From NCBI GenBank assembly GCA_951406725.2, contig OX597819.1:70742001-70806000 (forward strand): a stretch of 64,000 bases of DNA, in the 5' to 3' direction. Below the pieces are notes generated by a model. That model was not told where the DNA came from. It did no database searches and worked only from the letters and a program-made list of their open reading frames with translations. Shown one piece after another: positions 29,256 to 42,910 of this stretch (its first letter is position 1; each line of letters starts with the position of its first letter). The position numbers and the translations under genes were made by a program. The stretch is from Octopus vulgaris (taxonomy: Eukaryota).

Positions 29256-30240
29256 CTGGGAGAGAAAAAGACAAGCAGACAAAGTGAGAGAAGAGACGAA
29301 TCGAAGCAGTATATTACGGTCTCTTGTTAATTGACCCCGAAATGACGAAAAGCAATGATAGCCACGGTGACATTTAAATTCAAAGCTTTGAGAGCTGAAT
29401 CGATTATGTTCGTAGTGATTTCAAATGGCTTAAACCTTCACTTACAACCTTGTGGCCTTGTGCTAATGCCTAAAAAAAATCAATAATATAAATGACCGAT
29501 GTTAGAAATCGATGGATACTTCATGTTAGTAATAAATATTATAAAAGCTCTCTCTCTCTCTTCCTGAACTGCATAAAGGTAGCGTCATATTTTTTCAGAT
29601 AAAATGCACAAACAGTTATATTCACTTCAAAGTAACAAATATGACTTCACCACTTTGTTATTCTTTATTAAACATAGATTTGTATAGCAAATCTTTAACT
29701 CATTAAATTACTGATCTCCGGTCATAAAAAAAGAAAGTTAGCTTCGAGCAATCCGTAGTAAATATAAAAAAAAAACTTTCAGGGACAATAGTGGTTTATT
29801 GAGACTGAAGGTTGTGGATTTTTTTTCGTGTTGAAGTACGGTAAAGTGAAAAATAGGCGACCAGGGTGCCGGGTATGCGAACAAGAATACAAGAGTTACA
29901 GAATGGAGTTCATCAGATCCTAGGTACATAAGTTTCATAGCGAGGGGAGCCTCAGACGTGATAAATATCCATTCTAATTGAATCTTCCATGTGTTAACGT
30001 GTAACTCCTCACGGCAATGTAAACTTTCATTTGATCAAGATATCATTGGCCTGAAGAAGTAAAAGAAGTTGGTAGGCTGGACCTCCAGCCAGGCCTGAGA
30101 ATGGTGGTGGTGATGGTGAAAAGATGTTTTGCAGGTAAAACATTGGTCTTCTCAAGAACAGTACGATTTGGATAATTGTTATATCCGTTTTGTAGTTTTT
30201 ACTTTAAGAGTTCCTCCTAGCGTGTGGAATTTATGTATAA

Positions 30241-30311
<71 letters not shown>

Positions 30312-30316
30312 TCCAA

Positions 30317-30376
<60 letters not shown>

Positions 30377-30462
30377 TTTGGAGACATAACTAAAAATGTA
30401 ATTGGTTGGACCGCTCGTGTTTTTGACGCCCGAATCGATCTAATTAATTGCATTTCTGACAA

Positions 30463-30538
30463 ACTCTACCGAAGATTTATGGATGCAAATGTAAGTAAAA
30501 CTACATATTGCATTAGTAATGAAACAATTGTATAGAGT
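30463..30538 (+). ncRNA. Hammerhead-like motif with extended stem II and one core change (CCGAAGA)
   Basis: ACTCTA-CCGAAGA-tt..ATGCAAATGTA..TACATaTTGCAT..aat-GAAA-CAATT-GTA-TAGAGT. 6-bp stem I and the same ACAATTGT stem III as the array. Confidence 0.65.
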
Positions 30539-30674
30539 CAATCTATTTTATTCGTTGTATTTCACTTTCCTTCAGTTGAATGTGTGTTGATTCTAGTTGG
30601 AAACGGTTTTTCTGTGGTTGCTTCGGAGCTATTTTTAGCACTAGAGTTATCCACATAGTGGATGTCTCTAATAA

Positions 30675-30740
<66 letters not shown>

Positions 30741-30744
<4 letters not shown>

Positions 30745-32098
30745 GGTATGTAGAAAAATACAACATGGACAAGAACGTATAACTCTTAGAAGACGACACA
30801 ATAAACACGGACAGGACATTCGAAACCCTCAGTCTTCAGTCAAGAACCGGATCATCGTAGTAATTTCGGCTGATTAATCTTGAAATTACTAGATCACGGC
30901 CAGCCCTCCAAGAAAAACTAAGCAACGAGCATTAGAAAAACTAAGCTGGAAGCGTAGATTTCCTGGAAGAAGGATCGAATGCATACGAACACCAGGACAG
31001 CAAAAGGGACAGATATAAAAAAAAACAAAAAACAATAATGGAATACAGAAACATGAAATACAGAAGCATTAACGGTGAAAACAACAAGTGTCTTACGACT
31101 GATAACAAGCAAACAAATTTTTTCTCTGGCGCATTGGAAGAAGCCTTTATAGCGGCGGACGAAAAACAACGATGTTAACACGACGAGGGTCAGGAGCTGA
31201 AAGGCAGATTTCGGCCAACAGTCACGTGACAGAGAAGAGGGAAAGGAAAGAAAGAGAAGCAAAGGAAGAGAGAGAGAGAGGAGGGACAAACGCAACAAAG
31301 AGAGAGAAGAGAGAGAAAGAAGGAATCAGAGAGGAGAAGGGATGGGTGTCGAAGAATGACCTGTGAGTGCAGAGCGAGACAAAGAAATAGGAGGGTAGTG
31401 GAAGACTAGACCATAGAATCAGAGGAAAGAGAAGAGAAAAAGAGGATGAGTAGAGAGAAAAGAGAGAGAGGGGGACAGATCAAGTAAAAATGAGAGAGAG
31501 AGAGAGACAAACAGAGAGTCGTACCAATTATTAAGAATATGTGCTCACATTAATGTTAAGAAGGGTACGGGGCGCCTGGAATATATGTTAAGGTATGTAG
31601 AAAAATACAACATGGACAAGAACGTATAACTCTTAGAAGACGACACAATAAACACGGACAGGACATTCGAAACCCTCAGTCTTCAGTCAAGAACCGGATC
31701 ATCGTAGTAATTTCGGCTGATTAATCTTGAGATTACTAGATCACGGCCAGCCCTCCAAGAAAAACTAAGCAACGAGCATTAGAAAAACTAAGCTGGAAGC
31801 GTAGATTTCCTGGAAGAAGGATCGAATGCATACGAACACCAGGACAGCAAAAGGGACAGATATAAAAAAAAACAAAAAACAATAATGGAATACAGAAACA
31901 TGAAATACAGAAGCATTAACGGTGAAAACAACAAGTGTCTTACGACTGATAACAAGCAAACAAATTTTTTCTCTGGCGCATTGGAAGAAGCCTTTATAGC
32001 AGCGGACGAAAAACAACGATGTTAACACGAGGGTCAGGAGCTGAAAGGCAGATTTCGGCCAACAGTCACGTGACAGAGAAGAGGGAAAGGAAAGAAAG
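30741..32098 (-). repeat. Partial tandem repeat (period 847 bp, ~1.6 copies) bounded by (TA)n; Penelope pseudo-LTR-like arrangement
   Basis: 30741-31257 is near-identical to 31588-32098. Confidence 0.8.
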
Positions 32099-32131
<33 letters not shown>

Positions 32132-32988
32132 GGCATTACTATACATAAATTCCACACGCTAGGAGGAACTCTTAAAGTAAAAACTACAAAACGGATATAA
32201 CAATTATCCAAATCGTACTGTTCTTGAGAAGACCAATGTTTTATCTGCAAAACATCTTTTCACCACCACCACCACCATTTTCAGGCCTGGCTGGAGGTCC
32301 AACCTACCAACTTCTTTTACAGGGCTTAGAAAAACTGAAAGACCGCTGCAAAAGTGTGTGAATCTGAAGGGTAAATATCTTGGATAAAATCATAATTTAT
32401 TGATTCTCCCGTATTTTCATTTACCAGAAGCCGGGAGGTGCAATGGCCCAGTGGTTAGGGCAGCGGACTCGTGGTCGTAGGATCACGATTTCGATTCCCA
32501 GACCGGGCGTTGTGAGTGTTTATTGCGCAAAAGCACCGAAAGCTCCACGATGCCCGGCAGAGGGGTGGCGAACCCTGCTGTACACTTTCACCACACCTTT
32601 CTCTCACTCTTTCTTCCTGTTTCTGTTTTACCTGTATTTGAAAGGGCCGGCCTTGTCACACACTATGTCACGCTGAATCTCCCCACCCCCGAGAACTACG
32701 TTAAGTATCTTGCACGTTAATTTCACGAGCAGGCTGTTCCGTTGATCGGAACTGTTGATCAACTGGAACCCGCTTATACGTAGACCATACGATATACGTA
32801 GAACATAAGCGATAATTGTATGCCTACAGAACCTTTGAAGTAGGGTTGTGTGTGTATGTGTGTGTGTGTGTGTGTATGTACTTATTTATGCATTTATCTA
32901 TCTGTCAATCTATCTATATATTTATCTCTATTTACCTGGTTTTCTATCTATCAATCTAGCAGGATAGCCACGCACACACTATGCTCAC

Positions 32989-33026
<38 letters not shown>

Positions 33027-33735
33027 ACATGTCTGCATGATTACACTAACCCTAAAATGCACACAAATACACATACTGCTAAAAACTCGTACACATGTAC
33101 TTTTTCAGTACCACACCCATACACGTCACCATATTAAAGTGCAACCAAGTGCACTGAAGTGCAACCAAGCTTGACAGTCTTAAAAGAAAAACAAACTGTT
33201 AACTGCAGTGTTGAATGTTTGTATTTGTGTACTTTTTGTTAGTTTCTGTATATTTGCTTTATCGTTAATGCTTTCTTGTTTTAGTTATTAGACTGCGGCC
33301 ATGCTAGGGCACCGCCTTGAAAAGATTTTAGTTGAAGGAATCGATCCCCAGGACCTAACTGCTTAAGCCTGGTATTTATTCTAGCCGTTCTTTTTTGCCG
33401 AACGGCTAGATCTTTCGGGCACGTAAAGAAACCAACACCGGTCATCAAGCGGCAGTAGTGGACAAACACAGAAACACACACAGACACCCCCCACACACAC
33501 AGAAATACACACACACGCACATACACACTCACGTGCATATGTGCGTGTATATATATATCATCTCTTATAATATATATATAAATGTATATGTATATATGTA
33601 TATATGTATATATATATATATAGTTAATCCAAACAAGAAAACACAGAAAAAAAGGGAAAAAAAAGAAAAAACACAGCAACGCAGGACGTGGAACAATTAA
33701 AGTATTATTGACGCTCAGGAAAGAAGGGAAGGAGG

Positions 33736-33770
33736 GTTTAACGTTTCGAGCGGAGCTCTTCGTCGGAAAC
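33736..33770 (-). ncRNA. Third copy of the minimal hammerhead element (33622-33800); core mutated (CCGACGA)
   Basis: Minus strand GTTT-CCGACGA-AGAGCTCCGCTC-GAAACGTTAAAC. Confidence 0.55.
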
Positions 33771-33990
33771 AAGGAGAAGGAAAGATCCCAAGGAGGGAAG
33801 ACAGAGGAGACAATATTTGAGCTGGTGGTGCTTAAGAGATCACATGTTGAAAAGAACAGAATTTGGAGGTAGTTGAAAAATGGTTTTATAATGCAAGAGA
33901 GTTCCAAAAAAAGGGAATGCCTGTGTGTGTGTGTGTGTGTGCAAGATGACAAGTGTGTTTGTGCGTGCGTGTGTGTGTGTGTGTATTTTT

Positions 33991-34039
<49 letters not shown>

Positions 34040-34135
34040 ATATTTCGGAATGGTCATTTTGCTAGTTTAGCCAATAAAAAATCTTGCACAACAAATATAT
34101 AAACGTATATATATATATATATATATATGTATATA

Positions 34136-34301
34136 CTTTATTTAAAGCAGCAGAAAATTCAACAAAATCTGTTACTCTGAGTTTATCGTTGCCGTTCATC
34201 AGACAGTTTTTGCTAGAATTCTAGCAAAAACTGTCTGATGAACGGCAACGATAAACTCAGAGTAACAGATTTTGTTGAATTTTCTGCTGCTTTAAATAAA
34301 G
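34136..34301. repeat. Perfect 166-bp palindrome centred on GAATTC
   Basis: 83-bp arms with no spacer, centre 34218/34219. Confidence 0.9.
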
Positions 34302-34434
34302 CATATTACTTTACCACTGGTATTTGAGTACTCTTTTTTCTACCTTGTTTCATATATATGTATATATAAATATATGTGTATGTATATATATATATATATA
34401 TAATCAAAATAAGCAACAAGATATCAAAAAGTGA

Positions 34435-34520
34435 TGCAGTACAACCGTTCCAAGCGGCTCCATTTAATTGAAGAATGCAATTATTACGTTAATTTAAATG
34501 CAGGGCTATCATCAGCTGCA
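34435..34520 (-). ncRNA. Hammerhead-like motif with extended stem II and one core change (GGAA for GAAA)
   Basis: Minus strand TGCAG-CTGATGA-tAGC..CATTTAA...TTAAATG..GCTt-GGAA-CGGTT-GTA-CTGCA. Confidence 0.6.
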
Positions 34521-34704
34521 CAAATAAAGAGAATTTTTTATTAGTCGGAGGCATTAATATAATTTTACTCAAATACTTCAACAGTGCAAGAAAATGGAAG
34601 AAATCCATGTTGTCGCTATTGTAGCCAGGATAGACTTGGTCCTAGCTTCAACTTAAGTACCTAATTCAACTGGATCTCAATTATTTCTTATATATATATA
34701 TACT

Positions 34705-35293
<589 letters not shown>

Positions 35294-35331
35294 CACACAC
35301 ACATATGTGCATTTATATATGAATATATATC

Positions 35332-35405
<74 letters not shown>

Positions 35406-35665
35406 ATATACATATATACATATACATTTATATAAAATTAAATTTAGGGTCAAAATTGATATTTATCAATTAGAACCAGTGGTCTAGCATATTAAAGAAA
35501 GAATCCGAAGATTAAAATATTTATATATACCAATTAAGGACTGAACACGAAAAGTGGACAGTTATAAGAGATGATAGATAAATACACGCACATATGCACG
35601 TGAGTGTGTATGTGCGTGTGTGTGTATTTCTGTGTGTGTGGGGGGTGTCTGTGTGTGTTTCTGTG

Positions 35666-35730
<65 letters not shown>

Positions 35731-36119
35731 GAGACAGACAGAGACAGAGATAGAAAGTACAAATAAAAGTACATCTAATGACGTAATGTAGTAGGCGTAT
35801 ATAATAAGATGCAAGATTGGCTTTCCACTTAAACTCCGAACTGAAGTGCGACTAAAACAAAAATTGGTGTTTGTAGATGACTATCAGTGGATGGCACTAA
35901 ATGGCTTACCATTGAACAGGTAAATTTATAGTAGAAAGGAAGAATGAAGAGGCAAAATACTGCTATCAATATAGAGCAAGGTATTTATAATTTAAACATG
36001 ATTGTAATATTTGTTACAACAGAGTAATTTGAGTAGAAGATATATAAATAAGGGAGTAAAAAGGTGGGTGCAACGATGGTGTTTAACAGCTGTTTCTAGA
36101 ATAGCTGTCATATAATGCA

Positions 36120-37350
36120 TTCCTGGAACTTCCCACTTCAAATCCCCTTTCCTCAGAACTTTCCAGGAAATCGCCTTCCTTGAAACTTTCCAGGAAATTA
36201 TAATCCTCTTTCCAGGATTTCCGATCCTTCGACTTTTCCAGGAAATAGTAATACCTTTTCCAGAAAGTTCCCATCCTCGGACTTTACCATGAATGAATTC
36301 CTCCCCTTCCTTGCCTTCGATTCCCTCCTCGGAACTTTTCAGGAGGTCGACATCCTCGGAACTTTTCGGGAAATCATAAACCTCTTTCCAGGAAGTTTCC
36401 ATCTTTGGAATTTTCTAGGAAATAGTAATCATTTTCCAGGAAGTTCCTATACTTAAACTTTTCCATAAATGACTCCCTCTCCTTCCTCGCCTTCAATTTC
36501 CCCTCCTCAGAACTTTCCAGGAAGTAGCCTTCCTCGGAACTTTCCAGGAAATTATAATCTTCTTTCCAGGAAGTCACCAACCTTGGACTTTTCCAAGAAA
36601 TAGTCATCCGTCTTCCAGGAAGTCACCATCCTTGGACTTTTCCAGGAAATAGTAATCATTTTCCCAGGAAGTTCCCATCCTCTGACTTTTCCAGGAAGTA
36701 TTCCATCCACTTCAATTTCCCTTTCCTCGGAACTTTCCGGGAAGTCACCTTCCTCGGAACTTTCCAGGAAATTATAATTTGCTTTCCAGGAAGTTCCCAT
36801 CCTAGGACTTTTCCAGGAAATAGTAATCATTTTCCAAGAAGTTATTATCTTCGGACGTTTCCTCCTCCTCTGAATTTTCCAGGAAGTCACACCCATCGGA
36901 ACTTTCCCAGAAATAGTAATCTTATTTCTAGGGAGTTTCCATCCTCGGACTTTTCCCTGAAGGATTCCCTCGGAACTTTCTAGGCAGTCGCCTTCCTTAG
37001 AACTTTCCAGGAAATACCAATCCTATCTCCAGGAAGTTCCTATTCTTGGACTTTTCCAGGAAATAATCATTTTTCCAGGAAGTTCCTATACTCGGACTTT
37101 TCCAGGAATGACTGCCACCCCTTCCACACTTTCAATTTCCCCTCCTCGGAACTTTCTCGGGAATTAAATCCTCCTTCTAGGAAGTTTCCCTCCTCGGACT
37201 TTTCCAGGAAATGGTAATCCTTTTTCCAGGAAGTTCTCATCCTCGGACTTTTCTAGGAAGAACTCCCTCGCCTTCCTCCCTCTAGCTGCACTTCAATTCC
37301 CTCTCCTCGGGACTTTCCAAGATGTTGCCTTCCTCGGAACTTTCCAGGGA
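36120..37350. repeat. Degenerate minisatellite of ~22/27-bp units built on a TTCCAGGAA core
   Basis: More than 20 TTCC(A/G/T)GGAA cores by eye, with recurring ATAGTAATC and CCTCGGAACT spacers. Confidence 0.85.
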
Positions 37351-37384
37351 ATTGTCCCATCTTGCTGGAACCATATGCCTTCAG

Positions 37385-37600
37385 GAATGGCCTTCACCTT
37401 CCCCAGACTTGACTAGCCGGATTTTTTCTTCTGGGAATACCTGAAAGAGAGGGTTTACCTAAAAATAAACCGAGACACTGGTGCATCTGAAGGAGAACAT
37501 CAATAGAGAAATCAGAGAAGTGGGCTCTTAAACTCTTGTGGGTGTTATGGTGCAAGTGTTGGAAAGAGCACGGGCATGCGAAGCGGAAAATGGCTGCCAT
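37385..37600 (+). mobile_element. Tc1/mariner-superfamily transposase C-terminal relic
   Basis: WPSPSPDLT..FFFWEYLKERVY across a frameshift, resembling WPPRSPDL..DFFLWGYLK. Confidence 0.55.
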
Positions 37601-38629
37601 TGAAACCTTGTATACAATAAATCAGCAATTACGTTACTCAAATCATATGATGTGCTCACCATTATACCTTTACCTCTCGCATCCTCCTTCTCTCTCTCTC
37701 TCTCCCCCCACTTCCATCCCTCTTTCTCTACCTTTCTCTTTCACTCACACATACATACACACATACGCACACATTTCTCCTGATCAAGAAAGAAAATAAG
37801 AGAGTAATTACGATAAACAAATGATAATTATAATGAAGCAAGCTGAAGTCACGACACGGGATTACGTGTTGTGTATCTAAAACATCTCTGGTATTACTCT
37901 TTGACAATGTCATCAGAAATAATAGAAAAAAAATAACAAGAAAAAAAGAAATCGGAAAACAATAATAATGAGAATACAGATAAGTAATATGAGATAATTA
38001 TTTTTCTAATAACATAGAATCATCAAAATTAATATAGCTATATGATATATGCTTGTTCATGTGAATGGATTCATATCTATATTCGTATTGTGCTCAATAC
38101 AGAGCAAAACAGCAATGGTGTATAATGAGAACGTTTTATAATGGGTTTGCGATTATAGTTTTGCAAATCACGCTCATACACACATATACACATATAAACA
38201 CATAACCACAGGCATGCACATACACAGAAATGCATTTGCACTCGCATACACGTAATATAGACATATATATATATATATTATATAAAATCCGTTCTGTCTG
38301 TCTGTGCGTGTGTCTTCTAGGATCTCGGACATCCTCCATCTGATTGCGCTCAAATTTGATATGTAGATACCGACGGTATCAGGGCGTGTATAAGTCTTGA
38401 AAAAATTACAAAAATCGATTCCAGGTGAGAATGCGATCGCTAAAGCCGTGGGAATGTGCATTTGTAAAATCGTTTTTCTTGGAATAGAAAAAAGTCTATC
38501 TTTATTTCTTCTTTTGCTGGTGTCTCAAATTTAGGGACGGTCGGACAAGTTGTTTTGAGAAAATTTGGTTTAAATGTTTGACAACTCAGCACCGTCCACT
38601 GGACGGCGGGGGGGGGGGGCATTTTGGTC

Positions 38630-38668
<39 letters not shown>

Positions 38669-38671
38669 GAT

Positions 38672-38743
<72 letters not shown>

Positions 38744-38781
38744 CGTACGCATACAAAGAATATGAAGTAATACTACACTTA

Positions 38782-39076
38782 CAGGTACTGAACCACTTAT
38801 CCAGAATTCATAAAGCCGGGGTTACCAGAAACCCGGCTAGCTTTGAATTTCGCAGGCTGAAGTAGTCTGCCGCGCGGCTATTTTGTTTTGGTTTCCGTGG
38901 CATATGCATCACACGACGCCAGTTCCCCTTTATGTTATACAATTTTGTTGTTTACTTTTCGTTGTTTATTTTATATTTTCGGCATAGATATTTAGCCTGC
39001 GTCCAGAAATCCGGAAAATCCAGAATTCCGGACAACCTCCGGACCCAAGTTTGCCGGATAAGATGTTCGGTACCTG
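38782..39076. mobile_element. TA-flanked Tc1/pogo-type MITE (partial relative at ~53682-53752)
   Basis: TA|CAGGTACTGAACCACTTATCC...GGATAAGATGTTCGGTACCTG|TA. Confidence 0.7.
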
Positions 39077-39110
<34 letters not shown>

Positions 39111-39919
39111 GATAATAATAATAAATGCCCCGATGCAGTACCAGACAGTGGCTTTCATGCTTTCTCTCATCCTTTCAGGGTCGGTAAAATAAGTACCAGT
39201 CACGTACTGGGGTCGATGTAATCGACTTACTCCATTGCTGGCCTTGTGTCAAAATTTGAAACCCATATCTATGATTACGGGCATCGGTCCATTTTATCCA
39301 AAATGGTAAAATAGCCTTCCGATAAATAGAGATCGATGTAAATACCAGACCGAAAATAAATAAGGTCGATATGAACGAGTAAAAATCCCTGAAGCCTTTA
39401 TCCCAGCATGGTCGCAGACCAATGACTGAAACCTGCAAAAGAACTTTAAAAATACATAAAAATACCTCGACCCCCACCCGTCACCATTTTCACTTACATT
39501 TATCTAACTCATTGACCAGACCAGCTGAAACTACCCGTACCAGAAATGAGGCATTGAACTTCCTGCTGCCATCACATTGTTTTTAAAGTTCTAAGGTGGG
39601 CATAAAAATTTCAGCCATTTTGTTTCTTTAGCTGACAACTCGATTTTCTGACGTCCTACACAGTTCATTGTTATTTTCTTAAACAAGGCACTCTACTCAG
39701 TTCATCTTGCTAAGACAGTAGGAAGTTAACCAAACTCCTCTAACTTTTAAATACCTCTAACTTTTAAAGTGAAATCAACTGATATCTTATAAGAATTAAG
39801 AAACTTCGAGGGATACGATGTTTATTATTTTTAACGATGAAACCCGAAGTAAATAAAGCTAAAAATAACAGCATCTCGAATACTGGGTTAAAAAATACCT
39901 TGGATGAAAAAAGTCGAAA

Positions 39920-39990
39920 GCTGTTTGTGGGTCACGAACCCACATCTTTTAAAAACATGTTCAGCGTACTAACTATTACACCAAAGCGGC
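39920..39990 (-). pseudogene. Degenerate tRNA-like sequence
   Basis: A box TGGTGTAATAG and perfect T arm GTGGG-TTCGTGA-CCCAC, 71 nt; acceptor and anticodon stems mismatched. Confidence 0.4.
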
Positions 39991-40297
39991 ACTCCGATCT
40001 TAATTCGTCCATCTTAGAAGCTTTCTTCTCACCTGCAAGGATTGTAAGATGGTTACATTATAAAAATTTGGAAACTTTGAGAGATATAAAGTAAATTATG
40101 TGTAATAATATATCCCGAAGTGGATAAAGCTACAAATAATAGCGTGTAGAATATTGTGTTTAAAAACCCCTTGCGAGGAGTTTTATCCTTATATATCAAC
40201 GGCGTTTCCTTCCTTAAATGCAAGGCATCCTTAAAATGTAAAAATGGAAGCTAATAACGAATTCGATTTTGATACAAATCTTTCATTTTTTTGCCTT

Positions 40298-40392
<95 letters not shown>

Positions 40393-41007
40393 GAGAGAGA
40401 TCGATAGATAGCTTTTGTAAGTAATACTCTATTTCAAGTATATGGTTCTGATTTTTAAAATTGCATTCTCTGACTTAAGTACTTAAAAATTATACCGTCT
40501 GTCTATCTGTCTGATTCTCTTTCTTTCTCTCTCTTTGGCTCTCTGTTTTTCTCTACCTGTTTTTATTTCTTTTTCTCTACTTCTCTCCTTACCTTCCCTT
40601 CCCTTCTATCATTATCTCTCTGCCTGTCTCTTTCTCTCTTTCTCTCTCTCTCAAAGCACACATACATACGAACACATCTTTAAATTTCCTATATATGTAT
40701 GTGTATGTAATTTTATATATATGTATATATTTATATATATATGTATATATATATACGTATTTTTAAAACTACAAATACAAACATACAAACATACATATTT
40801 ACATATATTTATGTGGGCGTACATTTACGTACATACATACGTATACAGCATAACTATCTATCTATCTATCTTTATCAGCCTGTCTTTCTATCTGTCTGCC
40901 TGTCTGTCTGTTTATCTTTCTCTCTGTCTCTATCTATCTATCTATCCATCCATCCATCCATCTATTTATTTATCTATCTATCTATCTATCTATCTATCCA
41001 TCCATCC

Positions 41008-41042
<35 letters not shown>

Positions 41043-41043
41043 C

Positions 41044-41120
<77 letters not shown>

Positions 41121-41385
41121 ATCTACCTATCTATCTAAGCGTGTGTATTTATGTACACACACACCTTTTCTTTTTTTTCCCCATCAGCCTTACCTAATCT
41201 ACTTCACATATATTCCATATCGTCTGCAATTTTATTTCTTCTCAAACATTCTTCAACTTTTCTTGTCTTCTTTTCTTTTTCTCTTCTCTTTTTCTTTATC
41301 TTCTTCATCTTTTAATCTTTGTCTCCAGTTTCACATAATCTCATTTTTCCTTTGATCTTCTTCACATACCTGTCTTTCTGGTATC

Positions 41386-41468
41386 TTCTTCTTCTTCTTC
41401 TTCTTCTTCTTCTTCTTCTTCTTCTTCTTCTTCTTCTTCTTCTTCTTCTTCTTCTTCTTCTTCTTCTA

Positions 41469-41499
<31 letters not shown>

Positions 41500-41739
41500 G
41501 TCCTCATTCTCATCCTCATCCTCATCATCATCATCATCATCAACATCCTCATCCTCATCCTCATCATCATCATCATCATCAACATCCTCCTCCTCCTCCT
41601 CATCATCATCATCATCATCAGCAGCAGCATCCTCATCAGCATCATCAGCATCCTCAGCAGCATCCTCATCAGCATCCTCATCATCATCATCATCATCAAT
41701 GTCGTCATCAACGACACCGCCACCGCCGCTGTCACCACC

Positions 41740-41785
<46 letters not shown>

Positions 41786-42730
41786 CAATCACCGCCGCTT
41801 CCACAACTGCCGTCGTCATCGCCATTATCATCATCATGACCATGGTCATCATCGTTGTCGTCGTCGTCGCATCATCACCATCTTCATCATCACCACCAAC
41901 ATCATCATCATCAGCAGCAGCAATGTCATCGCCGTTACTATCACCGTCGCCGTCGCCACCACCAGTGCCACAACTATCTTCATTGTCGTCGTCGTCGTCA
42001 TCATCATCATCATCATCGTCGTCGTCGTCGTAAACATCCTCATCATCACGACCGCCATTTGCACTCCGTAGATATTATAAATAAGCCCCCTTGTCATAAA
42101 TATATATATATCTCCTTCACATATAGTCTTACATTCTCGCATTCTTGTCTCAGTTCTCAAATCCTCTCACGACCTCCTCCATAAACACCTCACAATTAAC
42201 ACCACCACCACCACCACCACCACCGCCACCGCCACCGCTATCAACGTTTATGCCCTCTACAACCAACACCACCAACACCAACGCCAACACCACTATCACC
42301 ATTCATATTCATCAACCCCACCACCACCACCACCACCACCAACATCGTCAAAACCAAACCATCTCCACCACCGTTAACACTCTCACAATGAACACCACCA
42401 CCACCGACACCACCGCCGCCGCCGACACCACCACTATCCCCATCGTCTCTTGTCAAGTACGACGTTCATTTTCATAAAATTTTGTAGGGATTTTTCTCGA
42501 TTTTTCTTGATTATTCTTGATTTATTTTCTTTTTTCTTTTTTTTTTTTGATTTTCGTTTTAAAGAACCGCCAATAAAGCATCGATGTATTGTTGCCATGG
42601 AAATACGATGAGCAAGAAAAGGTCATGCCGACTCTGCTGTGGAAACTCGACTTACACCACCACCACCACCACCACCACCACAACCGTTGCCACCACCGCC
42701 GTCACCATCACCACCACCACCAACCCCGTC
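41386..42730. repeat. Compound trinucleotide low-complexity tract (CTT, CAT, CAG, CAC, CAA, CGT)
   Basis: Contiguous, strongly strand-biased CNN triplet runs. Confidence 0.85.
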
Positions 42731-42910
42731 GCCACCTCTCTCATCATCTATCTCGTTCAACCAACTGTTGCAGGTTTCATTTTTTTTCTTTTTCCTTCAA
42801 TTTTATTTTTATTATCTACTTCTCTCCAGATCGATACCAAATGACAGTTTGCTCCCGACTATGTTCATAGTATTTCGTTCTAATAAACGGCGTAGTTCTT
42901 GCGCATGCGC
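42591..42910. promoter_or_regulatory. Putative promoter motifs: RFX X-box-like GTTGCCATGGAAAT (42591) and NRF1-type GCGCATGCGC (42901)
   Basis: Near-consensus motifs in a stretch with no recognisable transposon. Confidence 0.4.

Noticed and set aside
30815-30895. Type II-permuted hammerhead in the 847-bp repeat (minus strand GAAA..ATC..CTGAAGA)
   Set aside because: Stem I and stem II registers are poor; a simple hairpin TAGTAATTTC/GAAATTACTA explains the sequence better
36120-37350. CRISPR array or repetitive protein (ISWK repeats)
   Set aside because: Spacers are themselves repeated and degenerate; the minus-strand ORFs are broken into several frames
41319-42184. His/Gln-rich 250-aa ORF and overlapping ORFs
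   Set aside because: All frames are open only because of CNN triplet runs; no domain or convincing splice context
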